DNA of 64,000 nt. It comes from Acidobacteriota bacterium. GTDB lineage: Bacteria; Acidobacteriota; UBA6911; RPQK01; JAJDTT01. Positions 10,912 to 21,858 of this stretch are shown here, piece after piece. Below the pieces are notes generated by a model that was not told the DNA's origin, did not search any database, and saw nothing but the letters and a program-made list of their open reading frames with translations. Position 1 is the first letter of the stretch. The number at the start of each line of letters is the position of its first letter. The stretch is taken from positions 5,504,001-5,568,000 of the forward strand of contig OZ253580.1 of the NCBI GenBank assembly GCA_965263035.1, written 5' to 3'. Both the position numbers and the translations under genes were made by a program.

Positions 10912-12243
10912 ATGGAATTCTCCAGACGTGATTTCTTTCGAACGGCGGGACATCTGCATCTCCTGCTGCCGCTCCTATGCTGCATCCATCAGAGCGCTCA
11001 GGCGGAGCAATCGCTCTTCCGGAGCTCCGACATGACCCTGGTGCAGATGAATGGTTTGCGCCTCCGGTTGGGCAAGCCGGTCCAGGTCACGGAGAGCCAC
11101 GGTTACGCCTATGTGCCCACCTTGGCAAGGTTTCCCGGGGGTGAGCTTCTGGTCACCTATTCGCTGGTTCCCGACACCAACGAGAACCCGTCCAACGTGG
11201 GAGCGTTCCAGATCTCCCGGGATGGAGGAAGGACCTGGGGCCACCGATACGAGGTGCTGCCCGAGCACCACCCCCTGATCTATGTGCCCCAGGAGGACGG
11301 CTCCCTGGTGGCCATACCGTCCCACCTGTTTCCCGTTTCCCCTGGAGACAGGCACAATTTCCGGGCTGCCTATCTCCGCTTCGAGCCGGGCGCGCGCCGC
11401 ATGATCCTGGAGCCGGATGGGGTAAGGGTCGTGGACTGGCCCTGGCCCGTGAACGTGGTGCCCCGTCCCGTGCCGAAGTCGAACTGGTACGTGAGAATGG
11501 CCTTCGACGGAATCGCCCTGAAGCTGGAGGACAGATGGCTGGCCACCGCCTACGCCCGGAGGGGAGATGAGCCGATGCAGCTCAACGCCCTCCTTGTCTC
11601 TCGGGACCAGGGACGAACCTGGCGCTACCTCTCCACTATCGCGGACGCCTCGATTTTGCCCACTCCGCCCCGAAAGTGGGCCGGCGGCCCCAGCGAGACG
11701 GCCCTGGTCCGACTCGCCGACGGGGAGTTGATGGCGGTCTTTCGGGTGGGAAACGGACGGGACTGGAACCTGCGCCGGGCCTACAGCAAGGATGGTGGGA
11801 CGACATGGTCCCAAGCCGACGTGATCCCGGCCTACAGCGTGGCGCCCAGCATGGTTCGCACCCGAGGCGGCACCATCGTCCTCTCCACGGGCCGGCCAGG
11901 AATATCGCTCTGGTTCTCTACCGACGGGAGGGGACGCCGGTGGCAGGAGGTGGACGTGGTGAAACACCACAACCTCCACGTCCCAGATGAAACCTACCGC
12001 ATCCTGCCCTATCCGTTTGACAATCCCCGGGAGATGAACACTTGGTCCTACACGGAGCTGGTGGAAGTCGCCCCCAACCGCCTCCTCCTGGTGTACGACA
12101 GAGTGCCGCCCGACCCCAGAATCGTTGCCTATGGAACCGATCCCCGTAGCACCGCGGCGGAGCGCCTGAGCTGGAGGCCCAGTCCCGACTCCAGAGAGCG
12201 GTTCCGCATCTTCCTGCTGCCCATCGAGGTCGAGGGGAACTGA
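10912..12243 (+). CDS. Sialidase-like BNR/Asp-box protein, exported
   Basis: SRDGGRTW, SRDQGRTW, SKDGGTTW Asp-boxes; SRRDFF Tat-like motif after ATG 10912. Confidence 0.75.
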   Translation: MEFSRRDFFRTAGHLHLLLPLLCCIHQSAQAEQSLFRSSDMTLVQMNGLRLRLGKPVQVTESHGYAYVPTLARFPGGELLVTYSLVPDTNENPSNVGAFQISRDGGRTWGHRYEVLPEHHPLIYVPQEDGSLVAIPSHLFPVSPGDRHNFRAAYLRFEPGARRMILEPDGVRVVDWPWPVNVVPRPVPKSNWYVRMAFDGIALKLEDRWLATAYARRGDEPMQLNALLVSRDQGRTWRYLSTIADASILPTPPRKWAGGPSETALVRLADGELMAVFRVGNGRDWNLRRAYSKDGGTTWSQADVIPAYSVAPSMVRTRGGTIVLSTGRPGISLWFSTDGRGRRWQEVDVVKHHNLHVPDETYRILPYPFDNPREMNTWSYTELVEVAPNRLLLVYDRVPPDPRIVAYGTDPRSTAAERLSWRPSPDSRERFRIFLLPIEVEGN

Positions 12244-12831
12244 TCTCCACTGGATCGATCGTGCTCACGAGGAACGGCTCCCCTACACCTGCCTGACCCG
12301 GAAGATCGCCCGACCGGTACCCCTTCGTTCCGGGCAGCGAGGAGGACAACGGCGTGCCCGACAAGATCATGTCCGACTGAGCGGAGGATCTTTTCCGATC
12401 TGGCCACTCAGGCCTGGACCGCCCGTCGCGCCGCCGCCTCCAGAAACATCCGGAACTCCTCCAGGGAGACCAGACTGTCCATGTTCTGGCATTCGATCCA
12501 GCAGGGTAGGGTGTTGCGGTGGGTGAAATATAACAGTCCGTGGTGAAAGTCGCGCGAGCACCGAGACCGTTCCTGCGCCCGCCGGACAAGGCGCGATGAG
12601 GGAGCATACCGGGAGTATGTGAGCCGATAGCAACGCAGTCCGCCGGGATGCAGGGACGGTCGAATGCCGTGACGACTTTTACCACGGGCTGATAAGGGGG
12701 GACACTGGCGTCACAGCCGGGCAGAGCGGTAGTAGGGGGCCACGATGGCTTCGACGTCGTGGTTCCAGGCGCCCGCTCACTATCTTGCTATATGCGCACG
12801 TGGGAGTCCGGCGGCAAGAATGCCGCCACTC

Positions 12832-14283
12832 CTATGCGAGCAGTTTGTCCACCACGTGGCCGCCCACGTCCGTGAGGCGGAATTGGCGTCCCTGGAACTT
12901 GTAGACCAACCTCGTGTGGTCCAGACCCAGCAGATGCAGGATGGTGGCGTGCATATCGTGCATGTGGATGGGGTCTTCCACGATATCGTAGCCCAACTCG
13001 TCCGTCTTCCCGATGGTGATTCCCGGCTTGGTGCCGCCGCCGGCCAGCCACATGGTGAAGGCGTACGGATGGTGGTCCCGTCCCGGATACTTTCCAGGAT
13101 GCTCGTTCATGGGAGTCCGGCCGAATTCGCCGCCCCAGATCACCAGCGTGTCCTCCAGCAGGCCCCGATCCTTCAAGTCCTTGATCAGAGCGGCTGAGGC
13201 CTGGTCGGTCTCCCGGCAGCGGGTCTGCAAGCCCTCTTTGTGGACGATGGACCCCTGGGCGATCTGTCCGTGGTGGTCCCAGCCGTGATGGTAGAGCTGG
13301 ACGAACCGGACACCCCGCTCCACCAGGCGCCGGGCCAGGAGGCAGTTGTTGGCGAAAGACTCCTTTCCGGGCTCGGTCCCGTACATACGGTGGACGTGCT
13401 CCGGTTCGTCGCTGATGTCCATCAGCTCGGGGACACTGGTCTGCATCCGGTAGGCCAACTCGTAGGAGGCGATCCGGGTCAGGATCTCCGGATCACCCAC
13501 GGCCTGGTAACGCTTCTGATTGAGCTTCTTCAGCGCGTCGAGCGACCGCCGGCGCGCCTTGCGGGTCATCCATTCGGGATCGGACAGAAAGAGGACCGGA
13601 TCGCCCTGGGACCGGAACTGCACTCCCTGGTACACCGTGGGAAGGAAGGCGGGCCCCCAGCACGAATTGCCGGCAAAGACCTGCACCGGACCCGATTGCA
13701 GGACCACGAAGCCGGGCAGGTCGCGGTTCTCGCTGCCCAGGCCGTAGGTCAGCCACGAGCCCATGCTGGGCCGTCCGATGAGATGGTGGCCCGTGTTCAT
13801 GAAGAGCTGGGCTGGTGCGTGGTTGAACTGCTCGGCGTGGACGGACTTGACGATGGTGATGTCGTCCACGACCTCGCCAAGGTGGGGCAGCAGCTCGGAG
13901 AGCTCGGCCCCGGACTCACCGTAACGATCATAGGAGTAGGGAGAGGCCAGAACCTGGGGCGTCCCTCGCAGAAAGGCGAACCGTTTGCCGTCCAGCGTGC
14001 CTTCCGGGACGTTCTGGCCATCCAAGGCCGTGAGCCGCGGTTTGTTCTCAAACATATCGATCTGAGACGGACCGCCTGACATGAACAGGAAGATGATGTT
14101 CTTGGCCTTGGGTTCGAAGTGCCCCGCCTTGGGCGCCATGGGATGCCGGGCATCGAGGGCGGGGGCCGCAAAGAGCCCGTCGTCCATCATTCCGGCCAGG
14201 GCGATGGACCCGATGCTCATTCCTCCCCGGAAGAAGAAGTGGCGGCGGGTAACGGCTTTCAGCATCTCCTGTTGGATTTTCAT
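12832..14283 (-). CDS. DUF1501 family protein
   Basis: TRRHFF signal, [48 protein letters not shown]. Confidence 0.9.
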   Translation of the reverse strand: MKIQQEMLKAVTRRHFFFRGGMSIGSIALAGMMDDGLFAAPALDARHPMAPKAGHFEPKAKNIIFLFMSGGPSQIDMFENKPRLTALDGQNVPEGTLDGKRFAFLRGTPQVLASPYSYDRYGESGAELSELLPHLGEVVDDITIVKSVHAEQFNHAPAQLFMNTGHHLIGRPSMGSWLTYGLGSENRDLPGFVVLQSGPVQVFAGNSCWGPAFLPTVYQGVQFRSQGDPVLFLSDPEWMTRKARRRSLDALKKLNQKRYQAVGDPEILTRIASYELAYRMQTSVPELMDISDEPEHVHRMYGTEPGKESFANNCLLARRLVERGVRFVQLYHHGWDHHGQIAQGSIVHKEGLQTRCRETDQASAALIKDLKDRGLLEDTLVIWGGEFGRTPMNEHPGKYPGRDHHPYAFTMWLAGGGTKPGITIGKTDELGYDIVEDPIHMHDMHATILHLLGLDHTRLVYKFQGRQFRLTDVGGHVVDKLLA

Positions 14284-14302
14284 GAGTGCCTATTCCTCGG
14301 GC

Positions 14303-17300
14303 TCAAGGTCGAGAGATGGTTTCGTCCAGATTCAGGAGCACCTGGGCCACGCTGGTCCAAGCCATGAAGTCCTTGGAGTCCGGTCCTCGGGACGAAGGTC
14401 GGCTTCGCGCCGCATCCGACCCGGAGCCGGGCAGGTTTTTCAACTGGTCCTGGTACAGAGCCGTGAGCTCCCGGAGCTCCTCCTGGGAGGGCCGGCGGCC
14501 CAGGCAGAGCCGGAATCCGTGTGCGATCCGGTCGGCGACTGCCGGGCTCGTCTCCGAGACCATGCGGCCGGCCAGTCCTCGCGCGGCTTCCATAAAGGTC
14601 CGGTCGTTCATCAAGTTCAGGGCCTGCAACGGCGTATTGGAGCGGCTGCGGGCCACGCAAGTGGTCTCGCGGCTCGGGGCGTCGAAGTTGGCATAGAAGG
14701 GATAGGGACGAATCCGCTTCAAGAAGGTGTAGAGACCCCGCCGGTAGCGGTCGTCTCCCCGACCCGTGATCCAGGTGTCGGCCACGTACAGGTTGTCCCA
14801 GAGCCCTGCGGGCTGGGGAGGAAAGACGCTGGGGCCGTACGGTCTGAGACTGAGGAGCCCCGCGGCGCTCAACGCGCTGTCCCGGATCATTTCAGCGTCC
14901 ATCCGAAAGCGCGGGCCACGGGCGTAGAGCTCGTTGGTGAGGTCCTTTTCCCGCAGGGAATCTCCCATCCGCGAGTCCTGCCGGTAGGTCGCCGAGGTGA
15001 CCATCAATCGGTGCATGGCCTTCATGGACCATTTCTGCTCCACGAACTCGGTGGCGAGCCAATCCAAAAGCACCGGATGCGTCGGGCGTTCACCCTGGGT
15101 CCCCAGATTCTCGGGGGTCTTCACCAGGGGCCTCCCGAAATGATCGGCCCAAAGCCGATTCATGGTGACCCTTCCCACCAGCGGGTTCTCCGGAGAGACC
15201 AGCCAGCGGGCCAGGGTGAGCCGATTGGGCGGCGTCTCGTTCTCGGGCAGGGGATGGAGCACCGAGGGGACACCCGGCTGGACCTCCTTGCCCGGGTTCA
15301 GAAAACCTCCCTTGACGAAGACGTGGCTCGTGCGGGGCTTGTCCAATTCTTTCATGACCAGGCTGTTGGGCGTGGTCAACTGTTTCCAGAAAGCCAGGAG
15401 TTCGGAGAGCCGCTGCTTCTTCGGGGCCAAAATCGGGGCGAATCCGCGATAGTATTCGTTCAGGACCCTCCGTTGGATCTCGGTCCGCTGGTTGACGGGA
15501 ACGGCGAGGACGCGTTCCGCCCGGGTCGGGAGCTTGACGTTTCGGGCGGGATCCTGGTCCCGGGTGACGGAAAACCGGAAACGCCCGATGGTCTTGCCCG
15601 GCTTCTCTCCCTCATGCCTCAACCGGATGTTGAACCGGGTTCCACCCGGAAAGCCCAAGGCAGACTCCGGCATGAAAATGGCTTGGCGTTCGACCCTGTT
15701 CTTGTGACTGGTTCCGCTGTTGGACCAACCGGTGATGGGGTCGCCGTCCAGGACCCGGCGAATGCCGAAGGTAATGGGATCGATCTCCGCCGCGGCACCG
15801 CTGAACACCACCGGCGAGGAGGACCTCGGCGCCGTCATGGGCTCAGCCCGAACTTCGAATCCGGTCAGCAGGAAATCCCCCTCGGAATCCCGGCTCGAAC
15901 CGCCGTGAGGCAGGCTGGGATCGGTCAGGGTTTCCAGCCGGACGGCCGTGATCCCTTCGACCTCGGTTTCGGCCACGACCACGTACGTTTCGCGGCCCGG
16001 TTTCGGTCCTGAAGCCAACAGGGAGCCATCCTCCCGGCGGGTCAGCTCCGCGCCGCCCAGGGAAAAGTAGGTGGCCGGGTCCAGGAAGCTCCAAGAGACC
16101 AGGTCCGCGGCGGTCTTCGCCTCCCATTCCTTCTGAGCCGCCTCCAACTCCGGCGTGGAACGTTTCAGCGCAGCTTTCAGATCCACGATCTCCCGCTCGA
16201 TATCGGAGCGGTAAGTGGACAGATAGTCGGCTGGAGGCAGCGTGATGCTGGCGCTATGTGGCCGGATCTTCGTTTTCGGGTTGTTCTCCTCCATCGTGCT
16301 GTTGAAGAAAGCGAATATCCGGAAGTACTCCTCCTGCGTGATGGGATCGTACTTGTGATCGTGGCACTGGGCACAGGCGATGGTGCTCCCGAGCCAGACG
16401 GTTCCGGTGGTCTCGACCCGATCCAGGATGGCCGCCACCCGATACTCCTCCGGGTCGGTCCCACCCTCGGTATTGATCATGGTGTTGCGGTGGAATCCGG
16501 TGGCGATCTTCTGCTCGGGAGAGGCGTCGGTGAGCAGGTCTCCCGCCACCTGCTCGATGGTGAACTGATCGAAGGGCATGTCCGAGTTGATGGCCTTGAT
16601 CACCCAGTCGCGATAGAGCCACATGTTGCGCCGCCGATCATGGATATAGCCGTTGGTGTCGGCATAGCGGGCCAGATCCAGCCAGGGCCGGGCCCAACGT
16701 TCTCCATAGCGGGGCGACGAGAGGAGGCGGTCCACCAGACGCTCGTAGGCGAGCGGTCGCCGGTCTTCGACGAAGGCATCCACTTCATCGGGAGTCGGCG
16801 GAAGACCGATGAGATCCAGGGTGAGGCGCCGGACCAGGGTTTCCCGGGATGCTTCCGGGGACGGATCCAGACCCTCCTGTTCCAACCGCTCCAGGACGAA
16901 GCGGTCGATGGAATTGTGGACCCAGGCCGAATTCTTCACCTGCGGCAAAGGGAGACGGACCGGCTTGACGTAGGCCCAGTGTTTCTTTGGGGTGTCGCCC
17001 GTACCCTCGATGGCCCCGGTCCAGGGGGCTCCCTGATCCAACCAGGCTCGGATCACCTCGACCTGGTCCGGCGGCAGCTTGCCCGTGAGAGGCATGGGAG
17101 ACCCCGGGGCGTCGCCAAGGATCTTGCGGTAGAGCAGACTCGAGGAGCCGTCACCGGGCAGGATGGCCGGTCCGGACTGCCCCCCCTTCAGGGCCGCCTC
17201 CCGGGTATCCAGGCGAAGACCGTTCATGCTCTGGTCCACGCCGTGGCACTGGTTGCAACTGGCCTCGAGGATGGGCCGGATGTCCCGGGCGAAGTCGACG

Positions 17301-17416
17301 TCCCGGTCCGCGGAGGGGGACGAGCCCGATCCGCTCATCAGAGAAACGGTGCTCAAACCACTCAAAAAGAAGAGAAATATCCAGTTTGGGAATCGCAAGA
17401 CTCGCGCCCACCGCAT
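14303..17416 (-). CDS. PSD1 and planctomycete cytochrome c domain protein (PSCyt1/DUF1549/DUF1553)
   Basis: CNQCH and CAQCHDHKYDP heme motifs, WLDLARYADT, THPVLLDWLA, NTPLQAL. Confidence 0.92.
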   Translation of the reverse strand: MRWARVLRFPNWIFLFFLSGLSTVSLMSGSGSSPSADRDVDFARDIRPILEASCNQCHGVDQSMNGLRLDTREAALKGGQSGPAILPGDGSSSLLYRKILGDAPGSPMPLTGKLPPDQVEVIRAWLDQGAPWTGAIEGTGDTPKKHWAYVKPVRLPLPQVKNSAWVHNSIDRFVLERLEQEGLDPSPEASRETLVRRLTLDLIGLPPTPDEVDAFVEDRRPLAYERLVDRLLSSPRYGERWARPWLDLARYADTNGYIHDRRRNMWLYRDWVIKAINSDMPFDQFTIEQVAGDLLTDASPEQKIATGFHRNTMINTEGGTDPEEYRVAAILDRVETTGTVWLGSTIACAQCHDHKYDPITQEEYFRIFAFFNSTMEENNPKTKIRPHSASITLPPADYLSTYRSDIEREIVDLKAALKRSTPELEAAQKEWEAKTAADLVSWSFLDPATYFSLGGAELTRREDGSLLASGPKPGRETYVVVAETEVEGITAVRLETLTDPSLPHGGSSRDSEGDFLLTGFEVRAEPMTAPRSSSPVVFSGAAAEIDPITFGIRRVLDGDPITGWSNSGTSHKNRVERQAIFMPESALGFPGGTRFNIRLRHEGEKPGKTIGRFRFSVTRDQDPARNVKLPTRAERVLAVPVNQRTEIQRRVLNEYYRGFAPILAPKKQRLSELLAFWKQLTTPNSLVMKELDKPRTSHVFVKGGFLNPGKEVQPGVPSVLHPLPENETPPNRLTLARWLVSPENPLVGRVTMNRLWADHFGRPLVKTPENLGTQGERPTHPVLLDWLATEFVEQKWSMKAMHRLMVTSATYRQDSRMGDSLREKDLTNELYARGPRFRMDAEMIRDSALSAAGLLSLRPYGPSVFPPQPAGLWDNLYVADTWITGRGDDRYRRGLYTFLKRIRPYPFYANFDAPSRETTCVARSRSNTPLQALNLMNDRTFMEAARGLAGRMVSETSPAVADRIAHGFRLCLGRRPSQEELRELTALYQDQLKNLPGSGSDAARSRPSSRGPDSKDFMAWTSVAQVLLNLDETISRP

Positions 17417-17499
17417 GCCGTCAACCTCGATTCGGAGTGTCGCGCCAGTATATCAGTCCGGGGCGAAAATCGTCGCGTTGGACGTATCGGGAGGGGGGG

Positions 17500-17527
17500 C
17501 CTGGGAGGGGGGACATCCCTGTCCCCC
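17500..17527 (+). repeat. REP-like family B copy
   Basis: CCTGGGAGGGGGGACATCCCTGTCCCCC. Confidence 0.65.
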
Positions 17528-17586
17528 GTTCCCCTATCGCCCGTACCGTTATCTAACCAACTGTTCATTGGGAGTTCGGCGGCTAG

Positions 17587-19663
17587 CCCGAGTTTACCGT
17601 GTTGGACAAAAAGATAAAGATAAGTTCTTTTTTTGCAGAGACATAGGTCAGCCCTCCCGTATGACCTACGGAGCCGCATCAGAGGTTAGATCGTCTGGCT
17701 TTGTAGGTCTAGGATTTCGTACATCCTGCGCTGTTCGTCCGTCATCTGCGAGAGCGTCGTCCTGAGTTCGGGATTGCCGCCCTCCTCCTGTGCGGGATAG
17801 AGTACGTCGACTTCGCGGATCCCACCCAGTGCGTCGAGCAGTGCGGGGATCGAGCCCGACACGCCGTGGCGGCTCAGTTCCCGCTGCAGCAGTCCGCACA
17901 GCATCAGCGCCAGCACGCAGCAGAACACATGCACCGCGATCTTCTGATCCGTCCAGTGGTATTGCGGCCGGATCGCGATGCAGTTGCTGTCCTTGAGTTG
18001 CCGGAAGGCGCTCTCGACATGATGCTGGGCGCGGTAGCCGCGCACCAACTCGGCGTCGCTCCAGCCCGCTTGGTCGGTGAACAGCAGGGTCTTGCCCAGC
18101 AACCTGCGCTGCAGCTGCTCCCAGGCGCGCCGCTGGAAGCGGTAATTCACCTTCGGCAAGCCGTCCTCCTCACGCACCTGGACGTCGAACAGGTCCCGCA
18201 TGTGCCGGGCCCGCAGCCAGCCGTCAACCTTCTTGCGCGTGGTGGCCACGCCCGGCTTGCGCCCCCCACGGATCTTGCCGTCGCGCCAGCGGCGAAGCTG
18301 CCGCTGCAGCGCGCGCAGGTGCTGGCGCCGCTTCGCGATCTCACGCAGCAGCGTCCGGCACTGGGCGTCGAACAGCGCTTGGTTCCAAATCACCAGCACC
18401 GTGCGCTCGACGCCGAACACTTCGTAGTGGGTGCGGTAGGCGTGCACGCCGGGCAACCCGTCGGCCTCCAGCGAGCGCAACTGGTCCGCCGGCACGGCCA
18501 GCAGGTCCGGGTGTTGGGTCGGCACCAGCGAGCCGATGAAGTGGAAGGGGCCGCGCTCGACCCAGTCCAGGTTCTCGCGCGAGTTGTTGCCCTTGTCGAA
18601 GACCAGGGTGACCGTCTCGGCGCCGGCCGCGATCTCATGGTAGCGCCGGGCCAAGTCGGCGGAGAGGCTCTGGAACAGCGGCGCGTCGGGCCGGTTGCCG
18701 GGATAGGTGCGATGCAGCAGGGGCAGGCGGAAGTCGGCCGTGACCAGCAGCGCCACGCCGATGATGCGCAACGACCTGCGGCCCTCCTTGCTGTGGCCGC
18801 GCTGGGCCAGCTGGGAGCGCTCGTTGAAAGAATCGATGTAGGTGAAGACGTTGGTGGCGTCAAACAGCACTTGGCGCAGGTCGAGGCCGAACTCACGGGT
18901 CATGGCGGTCACGATGTCGCGTTCGATGGCGGGGATGGCTGAGACGGGGACGCGGTGCATGTGGTCCCAGAAGCGCTGGCTGGTGAGCTGGCTGGAGCGC
19001 AGGGGGAGGAGGCGGCCGAGGGCGGTGGAGTCGAACCAGCGGGCGAGGCTGGCCTTGGAGCCGGGGGCGAGGCAGCGGTTGAGGACGGCGGCGAGCAGGT
19101 AGGTGCCGACGGAGGGGCCGGAGCCGCGCTTGGGGACATGGCGGTCGATGTGCTCGACGAGCTGCAAGCGGCGGGCGAGGGCGAGCAGGGCGGTGGAGGC
19201 GCCGAATTCGCGCACGACCGCCTCCAGTGGTTGGGCCAGCACGGGGGCGGCCCGAAGCTTCTCGATGATTTTGTCGGCGCGGCCGAGATAGGTCTGGGAA
19301 ACGATCTTGGGCTTGCCGTGGACGCGTTTGCAGACGCGGGCGTAGTAGTAGGGGCGGCCGCGGATGATCTTCTTGACGATGCTGGCCATATATTAGGTCA
19401 TACACTAGCGTATCGAGAGGTCGATTGTCAAAGGTCCTCGCCTGAAATCAAAAATTTATCCTGCGAAATCAGATAGATACTTCCGGGATTAACCTAGAAC
19501 AGTCCAACAGGAATTAGGTCATACAAAAGTCGAGGTCACGGGCGCAGTGGCCTCGGTCGGGCTGGGTGGATAAACTCTTCCTTATCAATAACTTGAATTT
19601 GAGAAATCGGTCTGCCCATGCGCTAGGCCAGTGCTATGCTGACGCGAACACAGTAAACTCGGG
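17587..19663 (-). mobile_element. IS1634-family insertion sequence
   Basis: 17-bp IRs CCCGAGTTTACCGTGTT / AACACAGTAAACTCGGG (1 mismatch); CTAG on both flanks (17583-86, 19664-67). Confidence 0.88.
17686..19389 (-). CDS. IS1634-family DDE transposase
   Basis: KIIRGRPYYY N-terminus, FDATN, RGHSKE, VFDKG, YRAQHHVESAFRQLK, IRPQYHWTD. Confidence 0.88.
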   Translation of the reverse strand: MASIVKKIIRGRPYYYARVCKRVHGKPKIVSQTYLGRADKIIEKLRAAPVLAQPLEAVVREFGASTALLALARRLQLVEHIDRHVPKRGSGPSVGTYLLAAVLNRCLAPGSKASLARWFDSTALGRLLPLRSSQLTSQRFWDHMHRVPVSAIPAIERDIVTAMTREFGLDLRQVLFDATNVFTYIDSFNERSQLAQRGHSKEGRRSLRIIGVALLVTADFRLPLLHRTYPGNRPDAPLFQSLSADLARRYHEIAAGAETVTLVFDKGNNSRENLDWVERGPFHFIGSLVPTQHPDLLAVPADQLRSLEADGLPGVHAYRTHYEVFGVERTVLVIWNQALFDAQCRTLLREIAKRRQHLRALQRQLRRWRDGKIRGGRKPGVATTRKKVDGWLRARHMRDLFDVQVREEDGLPKVNYRFQRRAWEQLQRRLLGKTLLFTDQAGWSDAELVRGYRAQHHVESAFRQLKDSNCIAIRPQYHWTDQKIAVHVFCCVLALMLCGLLQRELSRHGVSGSIPALLDALGGIREVDVLYPAQEEGGNPELRTTLSQMTDEQRRMYEILDLQSQTI

Positions 19664-19751
19664 CTAGATCCGGGATAGCGAGGCGAATACCGCAAAAAGG
19701 TAATCAACGGACAGCCTCCTCTTTCTTAGAACGTAGCGCCGGCCAAATACT

Positions 19752-20630
19752 ATGACGGCTTTTTCTCCTGGGTGGCTACAGCGTAGAATTCCAGACTCTA
19801 ACGGCAAGCGTGGAAATTACGTATTCGAGGAGAGGGCCGTGAGTCGACTCGGAGATGAACTCCGGCAGAGAAGCCAGGCGCATCGGATCGTCAACCGAAG
19901 CACGCGGAAAAACTGGGACTTCTTCAGCAGGCATCGAAACCGGGTTATGGACCTGCTGGGCGCGGAGAGCCGGCGTCAGGGCAAGGTAGCCATCCTGGGG
20001 GCGGGGAACTGCAACGACCTGGATCTGCGCCAGTTGGCCGCCGAGTGCGGTGAGATCCATCTCTTCGACTTGGACCGGGAGGCCATGGAGCAGGCGCTTC
20101 TGAGACAAGGGATTCCGGAGGGTTCCAACATTCACTTGCGGGACGATCTGGACCTTTCGGGCCTCGGTGGTCCGGATGCCGCCACGGCGAAGGTCCCAGC
20201 CAAAGACTTCGAACTGGTGGTCTCCACCTGTGTGGTGAGCCAGCTCCTGGAATCCGTGAGCCGCCTCCATCCACCCGGATCCCGCCGCGATCGGACCATG
20301 CTGCGGGTCCGAGACGCGCACCTTCGTCTATTGACCGACCTGATCTCCCCGGGCGGAACGGGGATCGTGGTGACCGACATGGCCGAGGCCGTTGCGGACC
20401 CCGTCGCTGCCGAACCAAATGAGGCGGCGCCATCCCGTGAGCCGGAGCTGATGGAACGGTTCTTTCTCGGTCTGGGTCCGAAGGGGCTTGAGGATGCTCT
20501 CGGGGCGGTTCCCCATGCGTCGGAGTCGCTCCGGGGTGTGAAACAAGTTGAGCCGTGGACCTGGCGGTTGGATGCGATCCGCCGCTACCTGGTCCACGCC
20601 GTCCGCTTCACAAAGTCTGCCGGCCGGTGA
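19752..20630 (+). CDS. Hypothetical protein, methyltransferase-like fold
   Basis: VAILGAGNCNDLDL glycine-rich motif followed by acidic strand LFDLD; start may be GTG 19839. Confidence 0.55.
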   Translation: MTAFSPGWLQRRIPDSNGKRGNYVFEERAVSRLGDELRQRSQAHRIVNRSTRKNWDFFSRHRNRVMDLLGAESRRQGKVAILGAGNCNDLDLRQLAAECGEIHLFDLDREAMEQALLRQGIPEGSNIHLRDDLDLSGLGGPDAATAKVPAKDFELVVSTCVVSQLLESVSRLHPPGSRRDRTMLRVRDAHLRLLTDLISPGGTGIVVTDMAEAVADPVAAEPNEAAPSREPELMERFFLGLGPKGLEDALGAVPHASESLRGVKQVEPWTWRLDAIRRYLVHAVRFTKSAGR

Positions 20631-20651
20631 GCGCCCGGTTTCGGGGACCTC

Positions 20652-21710
20652 CTACCAGTCGATCTTCAGGCGGGTCCAGCGCACACCGAACCGGCCTCCT
20701 TCCCGGGACCAGTGTGTGGCCAAGTAGTCGCCGTCCTGGAGGCGGATGGCGGTGGGGAACCCGAACTGGAAGCCGCCGAACTCCTCCACTCCCGTAGCCA
20801 GACCGGCCGGCCGATCCTGCCGGGTCCCGGGATCGTACATCAGCCCCTCGTAGTGGATCTCCCATCCGTCAGGAGAGAAGGTCACCAGGTTCATCACGAT
20901 GCCCTGGTCTCCGTAGCGCCGGTTGTAGAGGACCAGGAGCCGGTCGCCGCCCAGGGGAATGGGAGTCATGGTCTGTCCCCGTATCCCGGTGCTGCGGGGA
21001 GCGCTCCAGGTGAGACCGTCGTCCCGGGAGAGCACGAACGAGTCTTCCGCGTCGACCACGTCTCCCAAGGTCACGGTCCAGCAGGTGGCGATGAGGAAGC
21101 CCTCGTCCGCCTGGGCCAGCTTCTGCTCCAGGTACCCCAGCCTCGCCTCCGGGTCCTCGAACACGATGGCGTGGCGCGGCCACGTTTCCCCGCCGTCGTC
21201 GGAAACGGCGGCCAGGACCTGTTTGCCCAACGTGTCCTTGGAATCGAGGGTGGCGGCCGGCGCCAGCAGGCGGCCGGACTGGAGGGGAAGGATTCCGTGA
21301 GAGATCTCCAGCTTCCTGTGGCCCTTCATGGGGACGGAGCGGGGAGGAGACCAAGTCCGTCCTCCGTCCGCTGACCGGAGGAAGACGGGCTCGTTTTCCG
21401 AATCGCCGAATACCTTGGTGGCCCGGGAAAAGTGACGGGAACCGTACGCATAGACCGTCCGACCGTCGGCAGAAAGACTCAGTTTCAGCGCGTTTGTGGA
21501 GCCTTCGTGGCGAGGCAGAAGCGTGCCTTCCACCTTCCAGGTTTCGCCTCCGTCGGTGGAGCGGGCCCAGTCCGAGCCGCCGGTGACGTGAGCGCCGCCT
21601 CCCACGTTGAAGGAACAGAGGATGTCTCCGTCGGGGAGTTGAACCGCCTGGGGAAATGCCGACTCACGCTCGTCGATTCGGCCCGTGCCCAGGATCTCGA
21701 TGGACGCCAT
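20652..21710 (-). CDS. Sialidase-like BNR/Asp-box protein
   Basis: STDGGETW, SADGGRTW, SDDGGETW, SRDDGLTW. Confidence 0.8.
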   Translation of the reverse strand: MASIEILGTGRIDERESAFPQAVQLPDGDILCSFNVGGGAHVTGGSDWARSTDGGETWKVEGTLLPRHEGSTNALKLSLSADGRTVYAYGSRHFSRATKVFGDSENEPVFLRSADGGRTWSPPRSVPMKGHRKLEISHGILPLQSGRLLAPAATLDSKDTLGKQVLAAVSDDGGETWPRHAIVFEDPEARLGYLEQKLAQADEGFLIATCWTVTLGDVVDAEDSFVLSRDDGLTWSAPRSTGIRGQTMTPIPLGGDRLLVLYNRRYGDQGIVMNLVTFSPDGWEIHYEGLMYDPGTRQDRPAGLATGVEEFGGFQFGFPTAIRLQDGDYLATHWSREGGRFGVRWTRLKIDW

Positions 21711-21803
21711 GGAACCCTCCTTGAAACGGTTTTTTGACGGAACTCCGCACGGCGGGACGCTCGATAGCTTGTGATTGTCGTCGGGGACTACCGCGGCAGC
21801 CGC

Positions 21804-21840
21804 AAAAAAGAAAACGCCTGCACCCCGGTGGATGCAGGCC
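21804..21840 (-). terminator. Probable intrinsic terminator of the upstream oxidoreductase gene
   Basis: GCCTGCA...TGCAGGC stem followed on the minus strand by a T-rich tract. Confidence 0.55.
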
Positions 21841-21858
21841 CTTTCGGAAAAATCGAGA

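Noticed and set aside
12244-12831. Possible small gene or second UGA-recoded ORF in this intergenic region
   Set aside because: No frame gives a recognisable protein; multiple stops and no convincing SECIS-like hairpin
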